Assembly (NCBI GenBank): GCA_038087875.1
Contig: CM075989.1
Location: forward strand, 2,852,001 to 2,916,000
Origin: Malacoraja senta
Lineage: Eukaryota
DNA: 64,000 nucleotides
Direction of reading: 5' to 3'
Part shown: positions 61,718 through 64,000 of the stretch, piece by piece
How the letters are laid out: every line of letters starts with the position of its first letter
How positions within the stretch are numbered: position 1 is the first letter of the stretch
Notes under the pieces: generated by a model
What the model was told of the DNA's origin: nothing
The model's database searches: none
What the model saw: the letters and a program-made list of their open reading frames with translations, nothing else
Translations under genes and position numbers: made by a program

Positions 61718-62987
61718 CTAGACTAAGTGGGACCCATTGGGTCCCATGTTCACAAGGGAGGGCTGGTCCCCCAACACAATATTAAACCTCTCCACCAATT
61801 CCAATATTGGTGACCAGTGGGGGGGGGGGCTTTCTGGAGTGCTAGTATATGGGTGTCGTGGGCTGAAGGGACTGGTTTCCAGAGGGCTCGTATGGACATT
61901 GTGGGCTGAATGGATTCTTGGGCTGGCTTCAGTCACTCAAGACTGGTGTGCCAGCTGCTCACTCACTCATGGCTGGCGGGCTGGCAGTTGACATGGCTAT
62001 TCCTTGAAATGCCACTTCAGGCAGGGCGCAAGGCCACCAAACTCAAGTGCAGTTTCCTGCCACTTCAGGCAGGGTGCAAGGCCACCAAACTCAAGTGCAG
62101 TTTCCTGCCACTTCAGGCAGGGTGCAAGGCCACCAAACTCAAGTGCAGTTTCCTGCCACTTCAGGCAGGGTGCAAAGCCACCAAATTCAAGCCCGCTTTT
62201 CAATAAGGCAACACCCGCTTTTCAATAAGGCATCACCCGCTTTTCAATAAGGCAACACCCGCTTTTCAATAAGGCATCACCCACTTTTCAATAAGGCAAC
62301 ACCCGCTTTTCAATAAGGCAACACCCGCTTTTCAATAAGCCAAAACCAGCTTTTGCATTTTCAAACCAAAAACAGATTTTGCATTTTCAAACCAAAAGCT
62401 TTTGCATTTTCAAACCAAAAACAGCTTTTGCATTTTCAAACCAAAAACAGCTTTTGCATTTTCAAACCAAAAAACACTTTAGCAAGCATTTTCAAACCAA
62501 AAAACGCTTTTGCATTTTCAAACTAAAAAACACTTTTAGCAAGCATTTTCAAACCAAAAAACAATTTTAGCAAGCATTTTAAAACCAAAAAAACACGTTT
62601 GCATTTTCAAACCACATTAAGGGCACTCACAGTTTAGCTGCAGTATTATTCACAGCTCAGACTGAGAGACGTGACCCTCTCGCTTCCCCCATCTTGCAGA
62701 GACTGACTGAGGCACTCAACACTGCTGGGTTTTATAGTCCCTCCCCCCTCCCACTGGAAGGGGCATGGCCTTCATGGCATGATTGACAGGATAGAGATTC
62801 TGAACATTTTTTAAACATTAATAAATCTTTTATTTTTCATCGATGGGAAAAATCCTCTTGTCCTGCCCAGCGGATGGGGACTGAGTAAAATGGCCAAAAA
62901 TCGCAGCCATAAGTGGTAACGTTTTTTCTAAAATCAATATGCAGTGCAAACAGGAAGTGGTCAAGATGAGACTTTTAGTAATATAGA
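61718..62987 (-). mobile_element. Non-autonomous Helitron with 48-, 22- and ~27-bp tandem arrays
   Basis: Same termini as 46294-47093 (TC start, GGGACCC hairpin, CTAG end); A|T insertion site; arrays at ~62010-62615. Confidence 0.85.
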
Positions 62988-64000
62988 TAGAAGATAGTTA
63001 GATGGGCCGAATGCAGGCAGGTGGGACTAGCGTTGATGGGGCATTGTAGTCGGCAAGGACAAGTTGCACAGAAGGGCCTGTTCTGTGCTGTCTGACCATG
63101 ACTCTCTGTGAATATGCCACTTAAAATGTTTCTATCTCCATAGGAGCTGCCGGAAGCAGTGAGTATCTCCAGTACTGTCTCACATTCCCCACATCGGCAG
63201 TACCCGGCCTTGTATTTTCATGGCTGGAGCTACATTCCGTATTTCTAGGAGGGCTGTACTTATTGTGACATTCTTACTGGGAGTACTTGGCCTCCAGCAG
63301 ACATGAGTGTGAATTTCATTTAAAGACTAACAAAATCTATCAAATCAAGTCCATCCTAAAAATATCAGCCAGGTTTCCTTGTTGGCTTCTAAACTCCTCC
63401 ACAACTCCCTTGACAGTTTGAAGATTGACTATTCACGTTGCAGTTAATTGAATATATAACTGATCTTGTAAGTGTAATACTCACATTGATCTATCTGTTT
63501 AATATCACCTGCCTTAATAATATCATTAATAGTTCATTTATTGTGTTCTATGCAGCCCGAATGAAACTCAGCTGGTTATTAAAATGAAATATCTCATTAC
63601 AAAAAATTCAATTTTACCAGTTTATTCTGCATTTGAGTGTTACTAATTGAATTTCCTCTTTATTAACTTGAGAAACTGAACAGACTTTAAAATGTATATT
63701 TATGTAAATCATTGAAAGATATTTAATTCATTTTATTTAAAGTCCAACGTAACACAAATAACAACAAAATAGTTCAGGTGACCAATGGGTAGAGATTTGG
63801 TTCTGGCAACTAGTGTATCAACCATGGTTGAGTAGTGGAACAGAAGAACATCTAGACGCCAATACTCTCATTTGAAGTGAAGGAAAGAACTGCAGATGCT
63901 GGTTTAAATCGAAGGTAGACACTCAGGAGTAACTCAGCAGGACAGGCAGCATCTCTCGAGAGAAGGAATGGGTGATGTTTCGGGTCGGAAGGACATTCTT

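Noticed and set aside
62010..62615. CRISPR-like array or repetitive ORFs
   Set aside because: Tandem minisatellites without spacers, no cas genes, eukaryotic context.

Overview
Repeat-dense, non-genic vertebrate genomic DNA with a 200-N gap at 38203-38402. The repeat content (HE1/V-SINE-like SINEs, CR1, Rex1-like, L1, Penelope) suggests a cartilaginous fish, probably a skate or ray; this is an inference. No host protein-coding gene could be confidently identified, and nearly all ORF-track entries are transposon fragments or spurious frames. Main structures: (1) a near-intact RT plus restriction-like-endonuclease non-LTR retrotransposon (HERO-like, 41562-46102, minus strand) arranged as a 1.15-mer with ~590-bp direct terminal repeats, each carrying a scrambled (non-circularly permuted) hammerhead-ribozyme-like fold just after the stop codon; (2) a 135-bp TSD-flanked mini-retroelement (4697-4831) whose first 54 nt form a minimal HDV-like ribozyme, inserted into the hammerhead core of a Penelope repeat; (3) a four-level nest, L1 > L1 > full-length decayed DIRS (ITR/ICR and AAT core intact) > Penelope fragment; (4) many Penelope terminal-repeat fragments with minimal hammerheads, non-autonomous Helitrons carrying minisatellites, and two Harbinger-type MITEs. 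All RNA folds were derived by eye and are untested.
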